Shown here piece by piece: positions 25,998 through 37,199 of a DNA stretch of 64,000 nt. The stretch spans positions 992,001-1,056,000 of the forward strand of contig NEEC01000004.1 in assembly GCA_002189035.1 (NCBI GenBank). The letters are read 5' to 3'. Position 1 is the first letter of the stretch. Each line of letters begins with the position of its first letter. Source of the stretch: Utricularia gibba. Its lineage: Eukaryota > Plantae > Magnoliophyta. A model generated the notes under the pieces. It did no database searches and had not been told where the DNA came from. It saw nothing but the letters and a program-made list of their open reading frames with translations. The translations under genes and the position numbers were made by a program.

Positions 25998-28907
25998 TTA
26001 GCATTGGTGGCCTCGTCGGCAACCAAGAACACCAGCACTGGAAGTGATGGATGCAACCATGGAAGAAGACTTGGCACTTAAGCTTGAAGCTCTGGCGTAG
26101 CTACCTGAAGCACCAGCTCCAGATTGGATAAAATAGGCTCCATTTAGCATTAGGTCTCCCTCTGATCTCCAGTTCCAGCTTTTCCAATTGCTTTCTGCTG
26201 TATCCACTCTCTTTGTCACCTGATCAAGAGAGTGATCACATTTTATTTCCATTCTTCCCTTTCCATGATTTTTTTGTAATGAATACCTCTTTTGCAAATG
26301 CATTGGTTGGAGCAAGGTATCTGTTGCCTTGGCTGTTGATAGTGGGATCTGCACTTCCACCAATGGCATACATCTCCCAGTGAGTATAGTCATTGTTCAC
26401 CACATGGAAGTATCCATGTCTACACCTAAATATTTCCAACCTCTCGCGTCATCCCACAAGTCTAAATCATAATGGGAACAGAGAGTATAAGATGTTAACT
26501 ACCTCGGCATTCGCTGAATGAGACCCTCGCCAAAGTGATTGTATGCAATTGTCACCTGCATCTGCTTGTCTCTAAGGTAGGAATCACTATGTCCTAAGAG
26601 CATGACCTGCTCCAGCAAGCATACATTGGTAAAGAACTCTGTTTCACAGAAGCATGGAAGAAGCAGGCCACTGAGTTACCTCATTGTGGTGAGTGAGGTA
26701 ATTGTTTGAAATAGTGATAGCTGTGGAACCCATGATAGCATCCACAAGGCCATCAGCGCAGTTAGACAGTGAATTATGGTCAATCCAAATATGGCTGGAG
26801 CCGAAAATCGAAATGGCATCCCCATCAGCCATGGTTCTCCAACCATAATGTGAAGGGGAACTCCGGACCATGGCATTACCAGTTCTCTTGCAATCATGGA
26901 TATGCAAACCATGAATAATGATGTTGGTGACAAACTGGATGGTAATACAGGCTCCATTAGCGATGTGAACATTGACTCCACGTGCATCTATGGTCTTGAA
27001 ACTGTTCATAATCAGCTCCTGCTCCAATGTTATGACCATATCTCTTTTGAAAACTATCCACAGAGGCCTGTCTTGGATAACTGCATGGCGCAAGGTTCCT
27101 GGTCTGGGATTAACAGGATCATAATCACCAGGATCAGTAACAACATAGAAGCGTCCATCTCGTCCACCAATCGCATTGCGCCCGAAACCAATACCACAAT
27201 CTGCTAGCCGCTTGCGGTTCTTGTGCCAATTGGGATCACAGCGCCAGCAATCATCAATAGGATTACCAGTTCCACAAGAGAAGAATCCCAGTTTTCTCCT
27301 CTCAGTGCTGTTTCTTATGGCCCTGAAAAGGTTAAATATTTCCATGCTATGAAACAAGTCCACTGCTCATCCGACATTAAACTCAAGTATACCTCGCTTA
27401 AGCACTTTCTCTTTGTTGGACAAAGCAACAAGAGCATGATTCACCTTTCGGCGACAGAAAAACAGCATAATTTGAGGCAATAAAAAATTTCAAGGACATG
27501 TACAGCATACATTTTTTAGCCTGGTATGAAAGACAGCGGCGGCATTGAATACGTCTCACCCCACAAGATCTCAAGTTGAAAAGCATTAAAAGCGCCAGCA
27601 TCATACAACACATGTTTCTAACCATTTGTCACTTAAAAACAAAAAAGCTTCAGAATTCACAGAGGTTCAGTTCCCATAAACTATAAAACAGTAAATATAG
27701 AAAAGAAAAGATGGTAACCAAAGAAAAGAATCACCCACATTTCGACCATTGTTGCAACCGCTTCAGGGTCATACACAGCATGTTCATTAAAAGCTCCATT
27801 CCCATCAATGCCTTTCGACCTGAGCATCACCCACAATCCACCATCAAGCATTAATGACACACCAAACTCGCCGAATTTTATCGAATAGAGTTTAATATCT
27901 ACATTTTTAGACCGGTTAAAAACCCAGGAGGGGACCGTTTTAGGGAGGAACCCCCAACCCCCTTGGTGTAAAGTAGGAAAGAAAACATAAAAAAAGGGGA
28001 TGAAGAGAACGAAACTTGAAAATTAAGGAAAATTCTGGTAATAACTTTCACATGGGGTGTCAGCTAGCAGCTATCGACGGCGGCAGAATACACTTGTAAA
28101 ACGGACACATTAAAATAATTGTAATAATTGGAGTTTCTTTTGGAGAAGATGAGGAAGAAAACCGTTGTTTATACACACATTCCATTCTCAACAACACAAC
28201 CGGTGGAGCAGAACACTGTACGGCACGGCAATGGAGGAAGATTCAAAAGCAGCCATAAAATATTCCCTAGCTCAACATCCAACACAGCAGTCAAAACCCA
28301 TCTAAAAGTGTTTTTGTTCAAGGGTGAGTGTTGTAAAAGAAGAGGGAATCAAATCATAAAATCCCTCTTAAACTTAAGCAGCGTCACAAACACGACAGGG
28401 ACATCTCCAATGAGAAGCACTGTTTCTGAAGTGCATTTTGGCGGAGGAGTTTCTAGTGAGGCGAATCCGTAGAGAATTTCGTGATAACGAAATGAACGGT
28501 CAAGATGCATTCAGGAATGTGTAGAGTCATGGGCTGAGGATGATGATCTGAGACCTAAAACTCGAAGAACAACACAGGCCGTGCTACTTACACTGTTGAG
28601 TTCATCGGCCACTGCAACTTCTCTTCCCCTGTTTTACTGTACAATCAAACAGCAACAAAAATGACTGAAGTTTAAAACAGCATGTCCTCCAAAATTCAGC
28701 ATAGAAACAGAGAGCCCCGAGGAACCACTACATCCTCAGAGCAGACAATCTAGCATCCTGTAAAATGTACTAGTTGAAAGGATGATCACAAAACCTCAAA
28801 ATCACGGATCCGTCTCCGCGATCTCCTTGAACAACAGCGGCACAATGCACTAGGAGAACGAACAAAGACAACGCCGCCGTGAAAGCCCAGCGCCACCGCT
28901 CCGCCAT
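25998..28907 (-). CDS. Pectate lyase (PL1 family), 7 exons
   Basis: Signal peptide [25 protein letters not shown]; [16 protein letters not shown]|[12 protein letters not shown]; [11 protein letters not shown]; [14 protein letters not shown]; RMPR|CRHGYFHV; WNWRSEGD; C-terminal ARASSLSAK...CRRGHQC*. Confidence 0.96.
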
Positions 28908-29178
28908 TGTCAGCAAGAGGTTGAACAGAGCAAAAGACAAAACTAGGAAATGAAGGTACGTCAATCCTGCAACGGCCAGTGCGAGCACTGGGGGTTTATA
29001 GACTGACAGAGAGAGAAGACGGCTCAGCTCAGCTCACAACCAGAAAACGTTAATCTTAACGGCCGTTTACTAACTGCTGTATTTGGTTAAGATTCCACTG
29101 CGGTTAATCCTTTGTTTAACAGCAAAGTGTACGCGCCCCTCCGTCGCGTGCATCCACGGACAACTTTTCAATTTCTTA

Positions 29179-29203
29179 CCCCACCCACCCCCCCCCCCCC
29201 CCC
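29179..29203 (-). repeat. Poly-C tract (C16 plus CCCC/CCC blocks); G-quadruplex-forming potential on the minus strand
   Basis: Plus strand reads CCCCACCCACCCCCCCCCCCCCCCC, in the divergent spacer between pectate lyase and KAB1. Confidence 0.8.
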
Positions 29204-29916
29204 ATGCATTCGTCCGTACCGATCCCCTCTTCGTCACGGTGAGGCACTTTCGTGCATGAGTTTTATTTGCCGACCAATTTTGTCATGTCATAACATATAC
29301 TAAAAAAAAACACGACATATCATCCTTAAAATATAATTTTATTTGGGAACCATGAGTTATTTTAATTTGAGGGGTTAAAATTGTCCAAGAGTTGGTTTTT
29401 TAGGTCGTTAGGTGGTGGTCCTCGACCATGGGCTCCCCGGGTCTACCCGGCAATGACTGCTGGCGTATGCATAATATATTTATTTACTTATATTTATAAT
29501 TTGTTCCCCTTCACGTTCTCCAACCCAATCAGGCCACGCACACCGATTTGACTCCGCGAGTGTGTTTCATCATTTCGGTCTTAATTAATTACGTGCAATT
29601 GGAAAGGCTAATGCCACCTCTTTTCCGACGCGACACCGCAAGTGTCCGACGCGGCCGGCCACGCAGAAGGATAGGGTAGGCGGGTGTCGGTCGCTTGGGG
29701 TTGGGCTTGGATCCAATGAAGATGGGGTGGAATTTCTACTCCTTTTTTTTTAATAATATAATAACTGATTTATCGGCGTTTATTAAATAAATTGATTTAA
29801 AAAATGCTATATAATTGATGCCACGTGTCCAAGGGACAGGGCTTTAAATTTTAATGCTGGAGCCTTTACGTTACTTGAGAAATTTGCGTTTCTTGGAGTT
29901 GAAGTTGGAGGGGGGA

Positions 29917-31941
29917 ATGGAGTACAATAACCTTGGAAGGTCTGGTCTGAAAGTTTCGCAGCTCTCCTTTGGCGCCTGGGTCACTTTTGGGAACCAGTTG
30001 GATGTGAAGGATGCGAAAACTATCCTCCAGTGCTGCCGTGATAATGGCGTTAATTTCTTCGACAACGCCGAGGTGTACGCCAACGGCCGCGCCGAGGAGA
30101 TCATGGGTCAAGCGATAAAGGAGCTGGGGTGGAAGAGATCTGATATTGTCGTGTCGACGAAGATCTTTTGGGGCGGATCTGGTCCGAATGATAAGGGCTT
30201 GTCAAGGAAGCATATACTGGAAGGGACTAGGAGTTGTCTGAAGAGGTTGGATATGGATTATGTGGATGTCCTGTTTTGTCATAGGCCTGATGTCACAACC
30301 CCGATTGAGGAAACTGTGAGAGCCATGAACCATGTGATTGATCAGGGGTGGGCTTATTATTGGGGTACCAGTGAGTGGAGTGCTCAGCAGATTACTGAGG
30401 CTTGGGTATTGCTGAAAGGCTTGATCTTGTGGGGCCGATCGTTGAACAACCCGAGTACAACCTCTTCTCCAGGACAAGGGTAAACTAAACTGCCGGAATT
30501 TTTAAATTTTGTTTACTAGCCATCATTTCCCTCATCTAGTTTCTGAAAGTTCAGTATTCCAAGCTCCCTCGTTTGGCTTCTGTCTGATTTATCTGATATT
30601 TCCTTGTGCTTTATTTGAAAAGGAACCTTTTTTGTTGGTTCTCTTTCCGCGTTTTAGGATTTTGTTAGATTGGTATGAATCACGGTTCTGGGTTTTCATG
30701 TTTTCTTTAAACGTTGTGATTTCTTTCTTAAGGAGAATAGATGTGGAGTTTGCTCTTTTTCTCAGATTCTCAAACTATAGATTAGTAGATGTGGCAAGTG
30801 GGTTTCAATCAGTAAGAGCCAAACTTGAATAAATGCTATTAAAGTGAGAAGAAAATCGTCGGCGAGTGTTTGGCACATGAATAGGGCCATATGCCTTGTT
30901 TTCCTTTCTGGATTTTGTCTTTTTATGCATATTTTGTCGACCGGAATGCAGTATGTGCTCTAAGTTGATTTCTTTTTCCACTTTATGGCAGGTTGAATCC
31001 GAATATCTACCACTCTATACAAACTATGGTCTTGGACTCACAACATGGAGTCCACTGGCTTCAGGGGTTCTCACCGGAAAATATAATTCAGGAAACGTTC
31101 CACCGGACAGTCGTTTTGCCTTGGAAAATTACAAGGCAATTAATCTGTTGTGTGCTCTCTGTTTATTTTCTTGTTTCCTGATTGTTTCTTCAGTGTCACA
31201 GAGTGATTATCTTATCTGTATACAATCAGTTGCTTATACATGTGAAACCGCGTGGCCCTCAGTTTTGATGTCTTTGAGAACCTTCAGAATTTGAAGTTTA
31301 TAGTGATTTCATGTGCTGACAACAATTCTTAAAAAAAGCTAGTTGACGATCAATGGCATGTGTGTGGTCTGTAGCTATATAGTAGTCCTCTAACTTATCC
31401 GAAAGTATTGAGCTCAATGAGTGCGTAGTGTAGCATTTCTTCCAGATGGTTATAAGGCTACATCTCTATTTCAGAATCTTGCAAGCCGTTCCTTGGTGGA
31501 TGAATCCCTGAAGAAGGTTGAGTGGTTGAAACCAATAGCTGATGAGCTTGGAGTGTCTTTATCTCAACTGGCAATTGCCTGGTGTGCAGCAAATCCCAAT
31601 GTCTCCACAGTTATAACCGGCGCCACTAAAGTAGCCCAGGTCTGCATACTTTCTTCTTCACTCCCCTCCAGTTTGCTTTGTAAACATTCAAATAACTAGC
31701 TATCACTCCCATACTTCTGCTCCTTGGTATTACTTTCTTGTCTTGTTGCTACTCAAAACCTCGGATGCACTACTGCATCATACACACCCACCTTTATCTC
31801 TAACTTGGGGGTGCTCTCGTCCATCAGATTCAGGAGAACATGAAGGCAGTCAATGTCATTCCCTTGCTAACTCCTGCAGTCATGGAGAAGATAGAGAAGG
31901 TTGTTCAGAGCAAGCCCAAGCGTCCTGATTCATACAGATAG
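29917..31941 (+). CDS. KAB1: Voltage-gated K+ channel beta subunit (aldo-keto reductase fold); apparent 1-nt deletion at 30404-30406
   Basis: [69 protein letters not shown]. Exons 29917-30479, 30992-31135, 31475-31639 and 31828-31941 total 986 nt; adding 1 nt gives a 328-aa protein. Confidence 0.93.
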
Positions 31942-32161
31942 GGAGCATAGATCTGTTTCCAGTTCTTCTTTGCATTATTCCAAGCCATCTCCTCTTCCCA
32001 TTTCCCTCCCTGGTGTTGGGAGAGCACTGCTGTGCATCTTCTTCTATGCCTGATATCGTTGTCTTGTGTTGTGGTTTGTACCAAACTGGACTTCATTTCT
32101 GTTGAAGACAAAACGCCCATTTGATCCTGTAACTATTTATTTATATATGCGGGCTTCAACC

Positions 32162-32253
32162 TGGGCCGAGGCAGTTGTGTAGATAAGCCCAATAGGAAAT
32201 TATGGGCCAAGCCCGTGTTTACTTGTGCTCTGGGTCCATCTTTCTCATGGGCC
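32162..32253. promoter_or_regulatory. Cluster of Site II-type (TGGGCY/RGCCCA) elements
   Basis: TGGGCC at 32162, 32203 and 32248; AGCCCA at 32186. Confidence 0.45.
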
Positions 32254-33156
32254 CCGCTCCTACAACAGTACAACGTGAGTGTATCAAGACAAATAAATCG
32301 AAATTTTTTATATTAAAACTAATAACTGCTTATTAAGTTTTAAAATGATTTTTTATTTCATCATTTAATCGAAAAAGGAGGAAGTCAAAGAGTCAAACCT
32401 ATGGGGTCGCCTGATGAGGGTGAGGGGTAGCTGCTTCCCCTTTGCATAGGGAGCCGTGCCGTCGTCGCTGTCTAGGTGGAGCCCACCTCCTTCCATCACC
32501 ATCATTTCCCCAGCGAAATGGAGACAATAGACAATGCTTCTGCTGTCTCTCTTTTTTTTTTGCCCTAATAATTAATGATTCCATAAAAAAAATCACATGT
32601 GAAACAGTAAATCATGTGTTTGGGGGGGAAAAAGGGATTTTAGAATTGATGGACTGGAGTGTAATTAAACCGAAATGCTTGCAAGGCGGAAAAGAACAAA
32701 CGCAATAACGGAATAGTTTAATGAGTGAGTACCTGTACGCGAAGGAGAAGCAGCGAGGGAAAGGGTCCCTCAGTTGTAATTTATGCGTGAGAGGGGGCTG
32801 GTGGTGTGTTTTCAATGCAAAAGTAACACTTGACACACTTCGCCCCCTTCCATTTTGCAAGCATTTTTTCAGTTCTTCCTTCTTCTTTCTACCTACGCCA
32901 CACCACCCGTGCTGCTGTAGTATCTTCAACAAGAGTGGATCTTTGAACCAAAAGCTTCCCTTTCTCCTGCATTTGTCTTGTCTGAGCCCCTTTCTTGGGG
33001 AAATGCTGTCAACCTGAGGGTTTAGATCTGTAACCTTCACCTTTATTTGTTAACCTTGTTTCTCCCTCCTGCATCTGAAATCTTGTGGACCCTGTTTGTA
33101 TAATGTGCTGGTGAAGTTCAGGGTTTGTTCTGTGCTTGGTTGTAAGTGACAGCAGA

Positions 33157-36100
33157 ATGAGGGTGTTGTTGAGGGTTTTGGTCGTGGTTCTTTGTAGTGT
33201 ATTCTGCTGGGGCAACTTCCTTCTCCTGATATTTTAGCACTGCTTGAGTTCAAGAAAGGAGTGAAGCATGACCCAACTGGATTCGTGCTTGATTCTTGGA
33301 AGGATGAGGTTGATTCCAATGGCTGCCCTTCTTCATGGAATGGGATCATGTGTAATGGTGGTAATGTTGCAGCAGTGGTTCTTGATAATCTTCTCTTGGT
33401 AGCTGAAATTGACTTGAGTGTATTGTCGAATCTCAGTCTTCTTGTGAAGCTTTCACTTGCAAATAACTCAATTTCTGGCAAGTTGCCTACTAATCTTGCT
33501 GAATTTAAGAGATTAGAGTACCTTGATATATCTGATAACCTGTTCTCCTCATCACTGCCTTCGGAGATTGGTGAACTAGTTAGTCTAAAGAGTCTGTCTT
33601 TGGCTGGAAACAACTTCTCCGGCTTAATCCCGGATTCCATTTCGAAGCTAAAGTCGCTGCATTCCTTGGATTTGAGCCGGAATTCGCTCTCAGGTCCAAT
33701 ACCTTCTTCACTGACAGAGCTGGACGGTTTGGTGTACCTTAACCTGTCGCAAAATGGCTTCACAAAAAGTATCCCCAAAGGCTTTGAGCAGATGAACCAA
33801 TTAGATGTACTTGACTTGCATGGAAATATGCTCGATGGTGAACTTGATCTGAAGTTGCTGCTCCTTGCAAATGCTAGCTATGTTGATCTCAGTGGGAATG
33901 CTTTGGTATGTTCTATCAATAAAGAGCAGCAGAAGATTCTCAATGTTATCTCTCCATCTATTCGCCATTTGAATCTCAGCCATAATCAAATAGAAGGATC
34001 ACTTGTTGGTGGAGATGAAGCTCGGGTTTTTGGAAGCTTGAAGGTTCTGGATTTCAGTCACAATCTTCTATCAGGGGAACTACCTGGTTTCAACTTTGCC
34101 TATGATATTCAAGTACTTAGGCTGGGGAGTAATAGTTTCTCTGGTCTCATTCCTTCTAACCTTTTGAAAGGTGACTCATTGGTTCTGAAGGAGTTGGATT
34201 TGAGCAGAAACAACCTCTCAGGTATGTTCATTTCCAATACCAAAAAACGCAAAGTGCTTTCATGGAAAAAACCATGGTTGCTAGAACTAATGTCTTTTAC
34301 TTGTGCGCTTATTTCACAGGCACAGTTGGTTTGATCACTTCAACTACACTTCACACCCTTAATCTGTCCTCCAACATGCTCTCCGGTGAGCTTCCTCTGC
34401 TCACTGGAAGCTGCGTTGTGGTTGATTTCTCAAGAAATCAGTTTGAAGGAAGTTTACTGAGGATTCTGAAATGGGGAGACATACAAGTTCTTGATCTCAG
34501 CCAAAACAAATTGTCTGGACCGATTCCAGAGGTAACTGCTCAGTTCTTGCGTTTGAACTACCTCAACCTGTCTGCTAATTTTTTGAATGGTACTCTTCCG
34601 GGTGTATTAACTGAGTACCGAAAACTCGCAAGCCTTGATCTGAGTTTCAACCAGTTGGGGGGGCCTCTTTTACCCTCACTTTTGGCTTCACCAACCTTAA
34701 ATGAACTCCATCTGCAGAACAATATGCTTGTGCAAGGGATTGATCTTTCACTTATCTCTAATAATTCACTTCTCCGTGTCATTGATCTCTCCAGCAATCA
34801 GTTCACCGGTGATATCCCTAATAATATAGGATCATTTTCTCAACTTCAAGTGCTCAAATTTGCAGGGAACAATTTCTCTGGCTCAATCCCAACATCAATA
34901 AATGATGTCTCCACACTGACCGTGTTGGACTTGTCAAGGAATACTTTGACAGGTGCATTGCCTATGAACTTGTCCGGAAGCCTCCAAAGTTTCAATGTAT
35001 CATATAATAGCCTTTCAGGCATAGTTCCAGAGAATTTGAGGGAGTTCCCTCGCTCTTCTTTCTTCCCTGGCAACTCTGGCTTAGAACTACCAACTTCGAA
35101 TCGTGGATCAGGTCACAGTTCAGCTGGGAACCATCATTTGAGAACTATCATCATAGTTTTGATAGTTGTTGCTTGTGTTTCTGCTCTTTTACTGTTCATC
35201 CTTTTGGTGGTGGTTCTCATCCGCTGTAACTGCACAACAAGAAGTGTTCGGCTGCTGGCAACCAACAAAGATACTAGCCGCCAAACTTCCCCGATTCCTT
35301 CAAGCTTTGAAGGTCGAGATAGTTCCGGTGGAATGATGGTTGCATCGCATGGTATTGAGACTTCCAGAAAAGGGGTAGCAACTGAAGTAGTAAGTGGAGG
35401 GAAAATGGGTTCCCTAACTGGTTTCTCCCCACCAAAAGCAAGCCAGCTCTCCTGGTCACCTGAATCTGGTGATTCATTTACCATGGAAGGATTTTCGAAA
35501 CTGGATGTCAGGTCTCCTGAACAGCTTGCCGGTGAGCTCTACTTTCTTGATGATACGATCTCATTTACAGCTGAAGAACTCTCCAAGGCGCCAGCAGAGG
35601 TCCTTGGAAGGAGCAGCCACGGGACATCTTACAGAGCAACATTGGAAAATGGCATGTTTCTCACTGTGAAATGGTTGAGAGATGGAGTTGCTAAGCAGAA
35701 GAAGGAATTTGCGAAAGAAGCCAAGAAGTTTGCAAACATCAGACATCCAAATGTGGTTGGTTTGAGAGGGTATTACTGGGGGCCGACGCAGCACGAAAAG
35801 CTGATTCTGTCGGATTATGTTTCACCTGGAAGTCTTGCAAGTTTTCTCTACGGTTAGAATCCCGATCGCCCTCAATCTAGTCACTGTCAGTTCATCTTTC
35901 TAACATGAACATCTATACATTTGCAGATAAACCAGGAAGAAAAGGACCAGCTTTGACTTGGACCCATAGGTTGAAAATAGCAGTGGACATTGCGCGTGGC
36001 CTGAACTATCTCCATTTCGACCGAGCCATTCCTCATGGAAATCTCAAAGCAACCAATATACTACTGGAAGGGCCTGACTTGAATGCCCGAGTTGCCGATT

Positions 36101-36510
36101 ACTGCCTTCACCGCCTCATGACGCAATCAGGGACAACTGAACAGATTCTTGACGCTGGCGTCTTGGGATACAGGGCTCCTGAACTAGCTGCTTCAAGAAA
36201 GCCACTGCCCACTTTCAAATCAGATGTCTATGCGTTTGGGGTGATCCTGCTTGAACTCCTGACTGGAAAATGTGCTGGTGATGTTGTCTCCGAAGCAGAT
36301 GGGGGTGTCGAATTGACAGACTGGGTTCGTTTGAGAGTGGCCAAGGGCCAAGGTTCAGATTGCCTGGATGCTGCACTGGCGCCAGATATGGACACACCCC
36401 TTGCAGAAAAGGGGATGAAGGAGGTACTTGGTGTGGCCCTCAAGTGCATCCGGCCTCTTTCTCAGAGGCCTGGTATCAAAAATATATACGAGGACCTTTC
36501 CTCCATATAG
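33157..36510 (+). CDS. GHR1: GHR1-like LRR receptor-like pseudokinase, 3 exons; apparent 1-nt deletion at 33209-33212
   Basis: GQLPSPDILALLEFKKGVKHDPTGFVLDSW; LRR array; TM segment IIIVLIVVACVSALLLFILLVVVLI; AEELSKAPAEVLGRSSHGTSYRATL; pseudokinase motifs HGNLKATN and ADY; ends IYEDLSSI*. Exons 33157-34221, 34320-35852 and 35927-36510 total 3182 nt; adding 1 nt gives 1060 aa. Confidence 0.92.
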
Positions 36511-36945
36511 TGTGGGGACTCTCCTCGTTTTGGAAGAGCGGGGAATCACAAATCTCATTGATCTCCCCGTCGAGGGCAATGACTGTACACAATTGGTACG
36601 AAAACTCAACGTCACCAACTTTTCTCTTTATTCTTCAATCGAATCACCCTACAACTTCGAACCTGCATCAGATCACAGCATAAAATGCCGATATGCGAAA
36701 GAACTTGAGATATGATGTGATCAATTGTTGCGAAACCACAACTTGAAACCTTAAACTAATATGCTTCTCGGATCTAACGATTCCCTGCTTGATAGTTAAG
36801 ATCCGAAGCTGGCGGCGGGCTCCGCCTGGGAAATCGGTTCCTCAACCAGAATGCCGATGCCGATGGCGAATCTAGCATTTAGGAAATGGTCATGGAGCCA
36901 AAGATTTCCCGCGTGTTTTTGGGCATAATTGCTAACTTATATAGT

Positions 36946-37060
36946 TGGGCCTTTTCTGTATGTAGGCCCACATATAAGAAGTTGGCCCGGCCTATTCGAT
37001 TGTTGGTTTGCACTGGATAAATATTAACGGATACTGTATGTGCTATGAAACGAAACGGCT
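36946..37060 (+). promoter_or_regulatory. Proximal promoter of the TDM1-like gene with Site II and MSA-like (AACGG) motifs
   Basis: TGGGCC at 36946, GGCCCA at 36965, AACGG at 37026 and 37054, all within 260 bp of the ATG. Confidence 0.35.
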
Positions 37061-37199
37061 AATATTCTCAACACTAACATGTTTTCGTCGAGATTCAGAA
37101 ATTGATTTCTGCACCATGAGAAGAAAAGACGAATTTCTTGATCGGATAGAGGTTTTTGTATGAGGCAAATTGATCGTTCGATCGACAAATTTGGGGAAA

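Noticed and set aside
33050-33778. 242-aa minus-strand ORF inside the GHR1-like gene
   Set aside because: Antisense shadow of Leu/Ser-rich LRR codons; no domain features.
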